Of a DNA stretch of 57,236 nucleotides, positions 1-12,661 are shown one piece after another. Numbering within the stretch: position 1 is the first letter of the stretch; every line of letters begins with the position of its first letter. The notes under the pieces were generated by a model, which did not search any database, was not told the origin of the DNA, and saw only the letters and a list, made by a program, of their open reading frames with translations. Origin of the DNA: Octopus bimaculoides (lineage: Eukaryota); the NCBI RefSeq assembly GCF_001194135.2, contig NC_068981.1, positions 79,653,856 to 79,711,091 of the forward strand. The letters are read 5' to 3'. The position numbers and the translations under genes were made by a program.

Positions 1-254
1 ATACATATGTATATATATACATGTATATGGATACATTTGTGCAGATATATATAAGCATGTATGTATGTATGTATATATGTGAGAGTATAGTTTCACTGTA
101 GTAGATTCAGTATGGAAATGAAACCATTAAAGTGAAAGTATCTATCATTCAGTATCGAAATGTGATTATTTCAGTTTTGATACTGAAATAGTGGAAAAGT
201 TTCATTTTTAAAGTAAAAGTATTTGACATGAGTGTTTTATTTCACTTTTGACAC

Positions 255-410
255 ATAATACTTAAATAGTGGAGGAGATATGTTGCTGTGGGCTCGAACT
301 ATGCAAGAAATTTTTTTTTAATTTTACTAAGACACAACCGGGACCCTTAGGCATGTGTAAAATTTGAATGAAATTGGTTGTGTAGTTCTGAAGTTTTAGG
401 GATTCACACG

Positions 411-469
<59 letters not shown>

Positions 470-497
470 CATTCTCAATTTTATATATATATAGATT
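255..497 (+). mobile_element. Probable non-autonomous Helitron/Helentron-type (DINE/HINE-like) 3' end
   Basis: catgtgtaaaatttgaatgaaattggttgtgtagttc..., then an internal (CA)n, then ...ttttatatatatatagat; this architecture is typical of such elements. Confidence 0.4.
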
Positions 498-995
498 ATA
501 TCATATGATATTATATTATATTATATTATATTATGTCTATTATTTATGTTACATGTATTGTTATATTGTGTAATTATATATGCTATATATGTATATATTA
601 TCCATTTGAATAGCCATGTCATTTACACTTCAATGGATCACTGGCTGTCGCGATATAATATACTGCTGATGTTATTTATATCCAAATTAAAGCAATGTCA
701 TATTGTTTTATGTGTTTGTGTGCCAATCCAATTATGCAAACAGTGGACCATATATAAAATGGTCTGATGACTGTGAATTATATGCGTGTGTATAGCTCAT
801 ATATGTTATCATGATGTAGATGAGATAACAAAGCTTAATATTAGATTTGTAGAGCGGACCGTTTCCTGGAGTTACGTGATATTACTCAAACAGTCCTAAG
901 CTGGTTGTACACTCGATGAGTTAAATGAGCTATTGTGATGTAATTTCACAAAACAATTTGTTGTATAACTTGTCAACTGTTGCATTTAATATATA

Positions 996-1036
<41 letters not shown>

Positions 1037-1299
1037 NNNNNNNNNNNNNNNNNNNNNNNNNNNNNNNNNNNNNNNNNNNNNNNNNNNNNNNNNNNNNNNN
1101 NNNNNNNNNNNNNNNNNNNNNNNNNNNNNNNNNNNNNNNNNNNNNNNNNNNNNNNNNNNNNNNNNNNNNNNNNNNNNNNNNNNNNNNNNNNNNNNNNNNN
1201 NNNNNNNNNNNNNNNNNNNNNNNNNNNNNNNNNNNNNNNNNNNNNNNNNNNNNNNNNNNNNNNNNNNNNNNNNNNNNNNNNNNNNNNNNNNTATATATA

Positions 1300-1465
1300 G
1301 GCGCAAGCATAGGTATGTAGTAAAAGCTATACTTCCCAACTACATGGTTCTGGGTTCAGTCCTACTGCATGACACCTTGGGCGAGTATTTTCTACTAAAC
1401 CCTCGGGTTGACCAAAGCTTTATGAGTAGATTTGGTTGACGAAAACTGAAAGAAGCCCGTCGTGT
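1300..1465 (+). mobile_element. Octopus tRNA-derived SINE family A, 5' half
   Basis: ggttctgggttcagtcc B-box, ccttggg.gag, gaaactgaaagaagcccgtcg shared with many copies in the window. Confidence 0.85.
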
Positions 1466-1489
1466 GCGTGTGTATATATACATTACATA

Positions 1490-2030
1490 CATATAATATT
1501 ACATGGGGATTGCTCCATCTTCACAGATGATTGCAGACTCAATGGCACTACTCACTTTCCGTTCATGACCTCTCAGATGATTATTCAGACCTGTAGCAGA
1601 TTTGCATGGTTTGAAGCATAAATGACAGACGAAAGCTGTAACTTCCTCTGGATTGATAAGGTCACTTTGAGAGATACGATCTTTGTATACTGCTATATGT
1701 CTTTCCAGAACTGAAATCCGCTGCAAATCTTTCCACATATTGCATACATTGAATCACTGCTCTTGAAGGGAAGACGTTGGTGGACATATCCACCCTTAGA
1801 AAGGAGTATACAGCCACACATTTCACACCTCTAACATTTCATGTCCTCATCGACATTCTGCTGGCATCCCTTCGAAGCCGACGCTTTAGCCTTTCGTGCT
1901 CAAAGCGACCCTTTCCAAAAGTTTCACAACCTCCCCTTATATGTTTCCTACACTCTTTCCAAAGCTAGCTCTTCCAAGTTTTTTTTTACATCGATTCGCA
2001 GTTCCTTCAAGATACCTTTTATGTACTTTT
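1490..2030 (-). mobile_element. RTE-clade LINE ORF2 3' relic with C2H2 fingers
   Basis: Disrupted frames give LWKECRKHIRGGCETFGKGRFEHERLKRRLR and FVCHLCFKPCKSATGLNNHLRGH. Confidence 0.75.
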
Positions 2031-2280
2031 TGTACGTTTTTTTATACATACACACATACATACATACATGGGGGCGAGCCACATGAATGAGAACTAAAAT
2101 AAACAACTATTGAATTGCATCCGTTTGTAAGCTTCTTCTTTCGAGTTCCAGATCCTAAGACTACAGAAATAATTGTGATGGGAGAAGGTGATACTCCACA
2201 AGTATCATGAACCTTCTAATCCCATCATAGGTTTTATCTCATTCACTTGGCCCCTCGCAAGAAGATCATATCTGACTATT

Positions 2281-2595
2281 TCTCACTTCAAGTATGGTTT
2301 GTCATCGCGCGACTACACAACTCTCTACTTGTCTAAATTCTCTTACTCTTTCTCTCATTTTTTCCATCCGTTCTTCTGGCAGTCAACAAAAAAAAAAAAA
2401 TGAATTTAACTACCTACAGAATGGATAACAGAACGGCAAGTAAACTGTGTATAACAACAAGTCTAAGAAGTTGTCCTTTACATTGTAACGATGAAAATAA
2501 AGGGTTATTTCAACTAATATTTCTTTTCTCGTTTATTTTGGTGAAACCATTGTAACAATTTTGGTGACGCCAACGTGCAAACATGTGTACAAAAT
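2281..2595 (+). repeat. About 310-bp interspersed repeat, copy 1 (copy 2 at 5267-5574)
   Basis: Colinear similarity from tctcacttcaagtatgg to aaacatgtg(t/c)aca. Confidence 0.9.
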
Positions 2596-3689
2596 CGAAA
2601 CAGTTCGGTGACCTTATGACTCAAGAACTGAATGCCTTCTCTACGAAATACTACAATAATCATAAAATTCTTGTGACAGCAGACTTAAACAATTACAGCC
2701 TTCTCTACCAAATGTTGCATTCCTATGAAGAGACGACTCGGCTGGGGACGTGAACTGAATTATCAGAACCGGCGTTTAAACCATATCTCATTGAAATATC
2801 TCTTGCATTTCTAGTTACTCTGAAGTCTTTAAACTGTTAAATCTTGCCAAAAAGAAACCTATATGCATCCTTCTTCAACTTGCTATACTGTCTCTATCAA
2901 GCTACATCAGTGAATTGGTAAGGAAACAAAAAAAATGCAGACCCGTGTCAAAATTCGTCAGTCCGGCTTTCAACTGGCGAATAATGTTTCTGCTAATAAA
3001 AAAGGCAGCCGACCGCGACGCACCTCGCAAAACAAGCAGAGTGCGTCACCTCAGAGCAAACAGATTGCATCTCTGCAAACCTCCATATCCTCGGGACCTA
3101 CACTTGAACTGCACTCGAAACGGTAATCCAAATAACTAATTGTTACTTGCATAGCGGCATCACTGAAACTATGGAAGCCCGCAAGCAACATTTTCGACAG
3201 TCACACACTTTTCGCCTCGCGTCCCGAAGTTCAGATCCTGCATTCTTCCGCAATTCAACACAGACTCTTGTGCATATAGATTTTTATAGATTCTCAAGAA
3301 CTTTTTATTACCATGTACCTATTCTTTTTCAGTACCAGATAACTAGCAACAAACACTCAACTTATTCAAGTCTGTCGTTCCTTATTTTTTCATTCTTGCG
3401 TTTACTTTTCATTTCGTTATGTAAATTATAATTTCTGCCCTGCACACTTTTATTTGTTCACCATAATAGCACGTTTGTAACCTCTCAACATAATTATTCT
3501 CAAATTTGATGCCGCGTTCTCTCCGCGAGGACGAATAATTCGAGTACATGCATTTTTACGATGTCCCCTTTCCTCTGGCCGCTGGCATAGCATTATTTCA
3601 TGCACACGTATCGTACACTGTTCTCATTGCATGGTTGTCGCCACGTGTTTTCTCGTAAATGTTTGCTATTTTTCGCAGGTTACTCTTTT

Positions 3690-3896
3690 ACTCTTTTACT
3701 TGTTTCAGTCATTTGACTGTGGCCATGCTGGAGCACCGCCTTTAGTCGAGAAAATCGACCCCAGGACTTATTCTTTGTAAGCCTAGTACTTATTCTATCG
3801 GTCTCTTTTTGCCGAACCGCTAAGTTACGGGGACGTAAACACACCAGCATCAGTTGTCAAGCGATGCTGGGGAGGGGGGAGACAAGCACAGACACA

Positions 3897-3971
<75 letters not shown>

Positions 3972-4103
3972 GACGGGCTTCTTTCAGTTTCCGTTTACCA
4001 AATCCACTCACAAGGCTTTGGTCGGCCCGAGGCTGTATTAGAAGACACTTGCCCAAGGTGCCACGCAGTGGGACTGAACCCGGAACAATGTGGTTGGTAA
4101 GCT
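3690..4103 (-). mobile_element. SINE family A, near full length with internal (CA)n(TA)n
   Basis: Reverse complement of the copy at 27132-27465. Confidence 0.9.
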
Positions 4104-5266
4104 ATCTAATTTTTGCTGCACTATTGTATATTTTTCGTTAAAAAATAATCAACGTTCATGGGTGCATATATGCACTCATGCTAACATCCAGCTACGCGCA
4201 TGCAACCTAATATTTGTGCCTTTATTAACTTGTTTCTCATGCCTGTGGCTGCTCAGCTCTCTTTTCCCACCTCAGCGCACGTAGGATATCTTTTCGAATT
4301 ACGGAACACTAACCATCTTCCCTGCACCAACGCTTCCGGTCTACCTACACTTACCTCTTTACGACTCCGGTTTGGTCTCGGTATATATAGAGAAAGTTTA
4401 CTTGTCTCAACGCACCAGCATCTTTCTTGCACTTTGTCGTTCTTGCTTACCCGTGTAGTGGTGCGACACCCGCAACAATTTCACGCGACCACTACACCAG
4501 ACACACTAGGCCTTTGCACTTATTTTAAGGCACCTACAACAGAATACACACTTCTGTTAGACATTTTCCAATTAAACCTTGAGAATGCGCTCTTTCGCCT
4601 CGGCTCTTTTAGCTAAATGTCCGCAGCTGCACCCTCTTCTTGTACATGTATATGCAATCCGTTACTGAATCTTACTTAACGCTGCCACGAAGACGATACA
4701 CACGAAGCCCAGACTGCACCCTATGTACATAAAGCGACATTGCATGATATTCGAACCCACTCAAATGGATACTTGTCCCGTATACATCACCTCAGATTCT
4801 CTCTCCTGATATCTGTGATCTTTCCGGCATTGCTTCATATGCACCTGTAACTTCACACTTTCCATTCACAATTTTGAACGTTCTTTGATTTTCGCATAGA
4901 GCACATTTCTGTAATTTTTCTCATAATCGTTCGTTTGTTTTTTGACAAACCCTCTAAGGGAAGAGTGATATAGCGAATAGTTTCCTAGATTCTAAGCCAG
5001 TATTTGAAACCGAGTCTACATTTTACTACATGTTCTCCCCTAATTGTTCTCGACTTTTTAACTTAAAAATTTATGAGAGTCATCTGTCACGGGTAAGGTC
5101 TATTGTTTAAGTTAACATTCTTAGGTTAAATAGGGTTCAGGCAGACAAGACAGAGAATCCTTTGTCTAGCCTGACCAATTTAGCTAGAAAAAATATAAAT
5201 ACGGAACCCAAAATCAGTTCTATGTCATTCATTTTGCCCCTTGTTAGAAGAGCACACCTGTCTGTC

Positions 5267-5574
5267 TCTCACTTCAAGTATGGTCTGTCATCGCGCGACT
5301 ACACAACTTTTGTTTAAATTCTCTTACTCTTTCTCCATCCTTATTCTATCCATTCTTTTAGCAGTCAACAAAAAATGAATTTAACTACCTACAGAATGGA
5401 TAACGGAATGGCAAATCATCTGTGAATTGCAACAAATCCAAGAAGTTGTCTTCTACATTGTAACGATGAAAATAAAGGGCCTTTTCAATTAATAATATCT
5501 CTTCTCTCGTTTATTTGCTACGTATAAATTGTTACAATTCTGGTGCCGCTGATGTGCAAACATGTGCACATAAT
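5267..5574 (+). repeat. About 310-bp interspersed repeat, copy 2; runs into a transposase relic
   Basis: Direct repeat of 2281-2595. Confidence 0.9.
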
Positions 5575-6250
5575 TGTTACAAATGCATTTGGGACAGTCA
5601 TGCTACCACGAATCACAACATGAATGGCCATTAAGGCCATTTACGTTGGACAATTATCCTAGAAATGAGCAGTGTACAATCTACACTTTAGTTGATACCA
5701 AAGAAATATTTCTCCCACTTCTTCATATTGAACTCGGTTTGAGGAAAAAATTGTGGAAGCAATGGGTAAAACCAATTCAAGAGGATTTCAATATCTTTCA
5801 AAGTAAATTCATCAAAATGAATGCAGAAAAGTTAAATGGAACAATGTTTTAAGGGGCAGTAAATGAGAGATTTTAAAAGATATCGAATTTGAACAAACCC
5901 TCAGTATTCTGAAATTAGAAGTTCTGAAAACTTCAAAAGATAATGCGAAGGCTTTCTGTGGAATTTTAAGTACCTCACACATATAGTTGGGCCTGAGAAC
6001 CTCGTTAATGCTTATAAGGAAATTGGTTGTCGGATATGATTAAGAATATACTTCCTAAATTTCTCATCCAGATTTCTTTTCAGAAAATATTGGTACGGTA
6101 TGCAATGAACAAAGAGATTGGCCCATAAAGTTATTAATGCAATGAAAACAAGTTTCGAGGGATTTCGGAATGAAGAAAGGTTGATTATTGCTGTATATAA
6201 TACCGCGACGACCCACACGAAGTTTATAATAGAAAATCGTATACATGACA
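5560..6250 (+). pseudogene. Degenerate DDE transposase, Chapaev3/CMC-like (family label tentative)
   Basis: Frameshifted motifs CYKCIWDSHA, EWPLR, LPLLHIELG, EGFLWNFK, AYKEIGCR, SHPDFFSENIG, DYC match the LPPLHIKLG...SHLDFFPENLG transposase family. Confidence 0.8.
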
Positions 6251-9200
6251 CTTTTGTGTCCTGAATACTTTTGTGATGTATGTTTTTCCATTACATATTG
6301 TCTAACTGAATCTCTGATATAAAAGCAGTATTAAGTTTGAAATAATGAAGTGTACGCTGTGTGTTTCGAGCCAAGCTATGAATAAATTTTGCCTAAAATG
6401 TTATTTAAATCAACGTGGGAGAAGAGACGAATAATAAACTAATGTGGCCTCGTCTCAGTTAGTGTTGTTTTACTCCAAAGAGTACTAGGGTGCTCACTAA
6501 GAAAAGTAAATAATCTGTTTAAAACTCATTCTAACGCAAAGCATCTAGAGACATTCAATTCCAATAATCACACAAAATATTAAGCCGGCTCTCTTCATTC
6601 ACCAATGCTGCGTACCTTTGACTCTTCTAGGGTTATTTCCACTGTCTATGTCTGTCCATCACATCACACGTCTCTCTGATTTAAAGATTCTTTTGTTAGC
6701 TTGCTGTCATATTAAGAGCAAGCTAAAAAAATTTTAACTACGAAATAAAAATTAACTCCAGCCTTCACTTCAACAATCGAAAAATCCAGCTTAATTCCAT
6801 CTCACAGCGTTTCATAGTGGGTCGTTGACCAAGGCAGATCTTGCTCCTTCTGCGACCTTCATGGAGCTACGATGTTGTCCTTTGAAGTAGTATGCCTTCA
6901 ACCAAAATATTATTTCTGGAATTTACATCTGTCGCCTTACTTTTTCCTCGCTTGAAGTCCCTCGATACATGCACTGCAGGTATCGAGGGATTTCACCCAA
7001 AACCGTGCCCAGTCTAGACAGATGGAGGTCTTTCTCTTCTGTAACTCTTATTCAGTACTGTGCTCCGTCAGATATCTCCACTCATGCATGAGTACAGCTC
7101 TTTGAGGCATTAACTTCTCCACCTGTTTGGCCCAAGTGACTTATTATACCAAAATACTGCTGTATCGAAGGAACATGCTCCCTTTTGACCATGACCTTGA
7201 TCGTTCGATAGTGTCTTTCTGTTTTTTTCTATTCCAGCATAGTCCACATGGGACTCTAATGAAGCGTTTGAACTTTTATCTGTCCAGCATCGCCTTAGCG
7301 ATTCTGAATAAAATACAGCACTTGTACCCCCCAGCACCTCATACTCCCAGCCCTCTCCAAGAATAATTCATTCAGCACCCTTGCAATTTCAACGACAGTC
7401 TCCTCTCTAAGCTTTCTTCAACTACTTATCCAAGTTCAGAGTCAATCATTGATAGATAAAACCTTTTCTACTAGTGCATTACTTTAGCTGCCGTACAACA
7501 GAACAATTTAAGAAAGATTTTGGAACAAGCATCAGCACGCATTCAGACTAATTTCATCTTCGATGAAAAATGTTGCTTGTGTTAACCAGTATTATTGGTC
7601 CTGTTCATTCCAGTAGAATTCATGGAATTATGAGTTTATAAATACTGCAGCTTTTTCTCTTTACATGGATTTTTATATAGTTGAATTGGAGCGACCGAAT
7701 TTTGCTTTTGGATGATGTTGTGGTATTATTTGGTGTTTTATACATCACTGGGCATTTGGTGGTGATTTGTTTTTAAGAAGTAGTATGGACTGATGGAATT
7801 TGCGGTAGAAAAAAATAACTACATGCTCGTTTGATATTACATTTCGTTTCGTTGTGTATGTGGTCAATGTACAGCCTGTGGTGATGCGAAGTGCGTGCTC
7901 ACGAGTAACCTGTGAATACTTTGTGTCGTTTTATTTCTTTAATGTATCGTTTATTTGCTAGAATGTTAGGAAAATTTATATAAGCATCTTTGTAGTTTTT
8001 GTCTTCTAGGTGTATGATATTTTTATGTTACTGTGACGGTTGGTAGCATTTTATGTTCTTTGGTATCGACGGTAAGAAGGAAGACAATGGCTCAAGTAAG
8101 TTCTACTTAAATCTATTGTTTTGGTGCCAGATTTCTAGAGGTTTTACGTAGAGTTGATGTAGACGTACAACTATTTAGAGACTAATTGGACGATGTAAGT
8201 GTAACGGTGCCTACGTAATAAGATTGAGTATAGGCTTTGAGGAAGTATGAGAGGGTCGTCCAGATCAGTCATTCGGAGGGACCTTGATATATTTCTAAGG
8301 AACCACAGAGTGTCTGTCTATGTTGGATAGATCAAAGGAAAAAAAATTACGACTCTATTTCGCCCCAGAAACCCGAGAAGAGTTCCTAAAAGAGCTATAG
8401 CCAAATAAGGTTGAAAATAGCTAGTCTAGGTTAAAGAGAGTAGATGAGAAGATAGTTCCATGCGGCATTCCATTCAGGAAATTGCAAATTCTGGAAGTGT
8501 TGCTTTTGTACACTACATAAGATCGATAATGAGAGATAATTTGACTTGCCAGCAAGCATATTATGTCGCTTCTTGAAGAGAGTCTTTCGTTGACTTCTCT
8601 TTAAAACGTGACATCTACACAGCATACGCCTCTTAAAATATCATCTTTTTGAGTTACTGGGGCTTTTCTTTCTTAACTTTTAATTACCTTCCACTTACTA
8701 TTCCACTCAGCTTAATGTCAAACTTTAAAACTGAAACGTTTAAGAGTGGTACGAAAAGTACCGCTCTTAGCTTCTCGTTCCAGTAAAACTGATTCAGATA
8801 ATTCAAATTCAGTATAGGCATGAAATGTTAGGTTACTTTTGTTATTTTACTAAAGTCGGCCCAACTGTTTGTCTTCTATTTTCTTTTTTGATTCTAGTAA
8901 CATCCAAGACGGTTTGTGGGAATAATAAATCGACTTATTTCTTGTCCTATACTTTATTTTATCGATACGGAAAGGATAAATGACAAAGAGAGTTCGGACT
9001 CGAAACGTAAAGGGCTGAAACTAAACGCCGCAAGCATTTTGGCGGATGCGCTAACTAGTCTGCCATTTCCCCAGAGCCGAGCCAACTTACGCTGTACGGT
9101 CTTTTATTTTAGGCATTATATTATCCAATGTATCATTTCTTTTTAAGATAGTAGGGCGTAATTTAATAGGGGGTTGGTTGTTATTTCTAGCAAATTTGAA

Positions 9201-9549
9201 CGACCACGGAGAAACTCTTTTGTTTTACTTGTCTCCTCGGTTTGTAGAGATGTGGGAAATAGTATTCCTTCGGCACTTATGCTTTTCTTAAGGACTTATA
9301 CTCGGGAATAGAAACTAGGTTATAAGGCTCGGCTTGCTTATTATCCTGCACTTAATTATTAGTCAGAGATTTTCCGTTGAGTACAATGCTTTAAATTTTC
9401 AGGGAGAAAGGAAATTAGAAGTTGCGATGTTGAAGCCTTTTTCAATGATGCTAATGGCATAAACGAAATAAATTGCTTCCAACCTGGAATCAAATCGAAA
9501 CCGGTTAAATTCGATTCTCTAAAACATTCTCTATCTGTTGTTTTGCAGT

Positions 9550-10001
9550 GCTGAAGACACCTCCGAAAGGGGGGGGGGACGTCAAAACGGTAGAGGAGTA
9601 GGGGCCGAAACCGGACGTGGTTCCTCCTGATGATGTCTTGAGCTAACTGGATCCTATAAAGGAGCTGTTGTGGTAGCAGACCACGAAACATGGTTGAAAT
9701 TCCTCCTCCACNNNNNNNNNNNNNNNNNNNNNNNNNNNNNNNNNNNNNNNNNNNNNNNNNNNNNNNNNNNNNNNNNNNNNNNNNNNNNNNNNNNNNTCAC
9801 AAACAGTGAAAGAAGACATGCACCCAACACCAGAGCTGAAGACACCTCCGAAAGGGGGTGGCCCCGCCACGTCAAAACGGTAGAGGAGTAGGGGCCGAAA
9901 CCGGACGTGGTTCCTCCTGATGATGTCTTGAGCTAACTGGATCCTATAAAGGAGCTGTTGTGGTAGCAGACCACGAAACATGGTTGAAATTCCTCCTCCA
10001 C
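9550..10001 (+). repeat. About 160-bp unit duplicated across an 85-N gap (9550-9711, 9835-10001)
   Basis: Identical apart from a G-run replacing tggccccgcc in copy 1. Confidence 0.95.
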
Positions 10002-10719
10002 ATCGATTTTTACCATTCAAAGAGGACGGATATATTAAAGAAGAGAAATGGAAAAAGCGACTGTCTCCCTAACCCGGAATGTATTAGTAGCATAGTTGAA
10101 GTGAAATGGCTCCAAATGAGTCGTGAGGTGGTTCTGTGCAGATAATTTCTTGCTCCTTTGGTAAAAAAAAAACAACTTATTGTCACAAGGTCAAATATTC
10201 GCAATAGATGAAACATCGTTTACTGAATAGACACCAGAATTTATCCAGTACTTATCTATTAAACTCCCGAAGGAAGAATATACAGCACAGTAGATTCGAG
10301 CAGGATTCGAACTCAGAAAGTAAAGAGACAATCGCTTTTACTCCACGGTAATGAGTTTCCCCGATGATCTGTCATTTCTGCTACCTCAGCGTTTAAACTA
10401 AATTATAAATCATAAAATTGATAGTTGGAAATGAAGATTCAGAAACAACGAAAAGATAATATAAAGAAACTAAGAAAGAAATTTTTCAAGTTAAAAACAA
10501 CTTAAATCCATATTATGCCCGATAAATGAAGTGACGGCACTTGTAGATTTGTTTTGGTTACAAGGCTCAAAAAACGTTTGAGATATTTATTTATTTATTT
10601 ATTTATTTATTCATTCATTCATTCAAACGGGGATTATTTAGGTTACAAGGCTCAACTACGCTTCGAAGGGGATAATTTAGGTTATTGGTCTCAGGGGCGT
10701 TTACTACGAACTGCGTGTG

Positions 10720-10788
10720 TGCGTAGAGAGAGAGAGCGAGAGAGAGAGAGCGAGAGAGAGAGAGCGAGAGAGAGAGAGAGCGAATGTG

Positions 10789-10832
<44 letters not shown>

Positions 10833-11340
10833 TGCAAGCGGGTGTGCGGGTGTGTATCTGTGTGTGCATGCGTGCATGTACGCGCGCGCTATTTAGGTTA
10901 CGCTAGTCTTCAACTTCGTGTATATTTTTATGGTTTTCGCTGAACAAATATAAAATATAGATAATAGGTAATATTTTCGAACTTATAACAAAACTAAAAA
11001 CAATCGAGAAAAGAAAAGGAACAGCTAAGTAAATTATATTTCAGATGTTCATAATATTTTATGAAATATTCATAATATTTCAATAACGCATTTTTTCCTC
11101 CAGTTTATACAGGGAAATTGTTTCTCTGAACAAAACTACATCTCATTAATTTAAATTTCTCTTTTACTAATAAAAATTCACTCGGTAAACTTTAGAATTT
11201 CAGAAACTGATATCAGAATACTGCTGGTCGATATGTGTGCACGTGTATACACAAATATATTCCTCCCACTCTCTCTCTTTCTTTCTTTCGTTCTCTCTCT
11301 CTCTCTTTCTTTCTTTCGTTCTCTCTCTCTTTCTTTCTTT

Positions 11341-11381
<41 letters not shown>

Positions 11382-12090
11382 ATACACGCACAGGCACACA
11401 CACATTCATACGCACATACATACATACATACATACATACATACGTACGTACGTACATACATACATACATACATACATACATACATACATACGCACACATA
11501 TAATACATTACATGCATATGAAAACTGCATATATCGTATATTGTGCTATGCATATACGGGTAAGTACCTATATGTATAAGAAATAGATGTGTTTGAATAT
11601 ATGTATGGATTCGCTCGATTTATATGTCTTCGTGTGTGTGTTTATGTGTGTAAAAACATAGATACACATATACGTATATATATATATAAGTGTGTGTGTG
11701 TGTGTGTGTCTGTATGTATGTGTGTATATATATANNNNNNNNNNNNNNNNNNNNNNNNNNNNNNNNNNNNNNNNNNNNNNNNNNNNNNNNNNNNNNNNNN
11801 NNNNNNNNNNNNNNNNNNNNNNNNNNNNNNNNNNNNNNNNNNNNNNNNNNNNNNNNNNNNNNNNNNNNNNNNNNNNNNNNNNNNNNNNNNNNNNNNNNNN
11901 NNNNNNNNNNNNNNTATATAAAGACATATACATATATGTATATTTATATATATATATATACATACATACATACATACACATGTATATAGTTATATACACA
12001 CATATATATATACAGTATATATATGTCTATATGTATATGTATATATACATATATATATATATAGGCACACATACACACACACACAAATAT
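10720..12090. repeat. Compound microsatellite field (GA, GT, TC, TACA, TA) with N gap 11735-11914
   Basis: Directly visible; explains the spurious YIYI/CVCV/SLSL ORFs. Confidence 0.97.
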
Positions 12091-12661
12091 ATACATATAC
12101 ATATATGTATAGTATTCAACATGGACTATATTTAAAAGGTAACCTGTCCCCGCGAAGCTAGTTATTCATGTCAAGCCGTGTAACAGATACAGCTCCCTCG
12201 CCGTTGTGTGAGGAGATACGCTATTCTACTCTCCCTCGAAGGAACTTCGCGCTTTGCTCTACTTGTGAAAACAGATAACAATGAAAATCTTTTGTCTACC
12301 GTTTATTGTTTTACATTTACACGGAATTATTCGGGATTTTTAAACAGTGTAACATAACAGTCAACAACTTTTATAAATGGAAGTAAAAGGAGTTTTAAGT
12401 ATTTGAGAAATTTTATACAATCGACTTAAATGGTGTTGCCGTATGGATGTTTTTCAACGGAATGTTCATTATGTGACACATTTCTGGAATATCTACACCG
12501 ATCGTATTTATGTGTCTATGCAAAGAGTGTGACAAACATAGACATATATATATTTATAAATATAAATGCGTACAAAAACATTCACGAAGTATTTTATTCG
12601 AGTTTTCTATCGGCGTGAAGAAAGCTTTAATGGAAAACTGCCAGTTGTCTCCAAGTGTATC

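Noticed and set aside
925-1439. Long ORFs spanning N gaps (also 9643-9891, 11568-12135, 28222-28942)
   Set aside because: They are open only because N codons and TA repeats contain no stops.
2900-3300. GC-richer block with short ORFs
   Set aside because: No recognisable motif or splice context; probably decayed repeat.
4190-4900. Possible Gypsy integrase relic on the minus strand
   Set aside because: Only vague resemblance and many stops; cannot be supported without a search.
6800-7400. Possible L1/Tx1 ORF2 relic on the minus strand
   Set aside because: No diagnostic motif could be read with confidence.
9600-9640. Hammerhead-like GAAAC...CTGATGA
   Set aside because: Only 4 nt are available for stem I, and stem II lacks the closing pair.
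10554-11586. ORFs rich in RE/CV/SL/HT/YI dipeptides
   Set aside because: These are translations of microsatellites.
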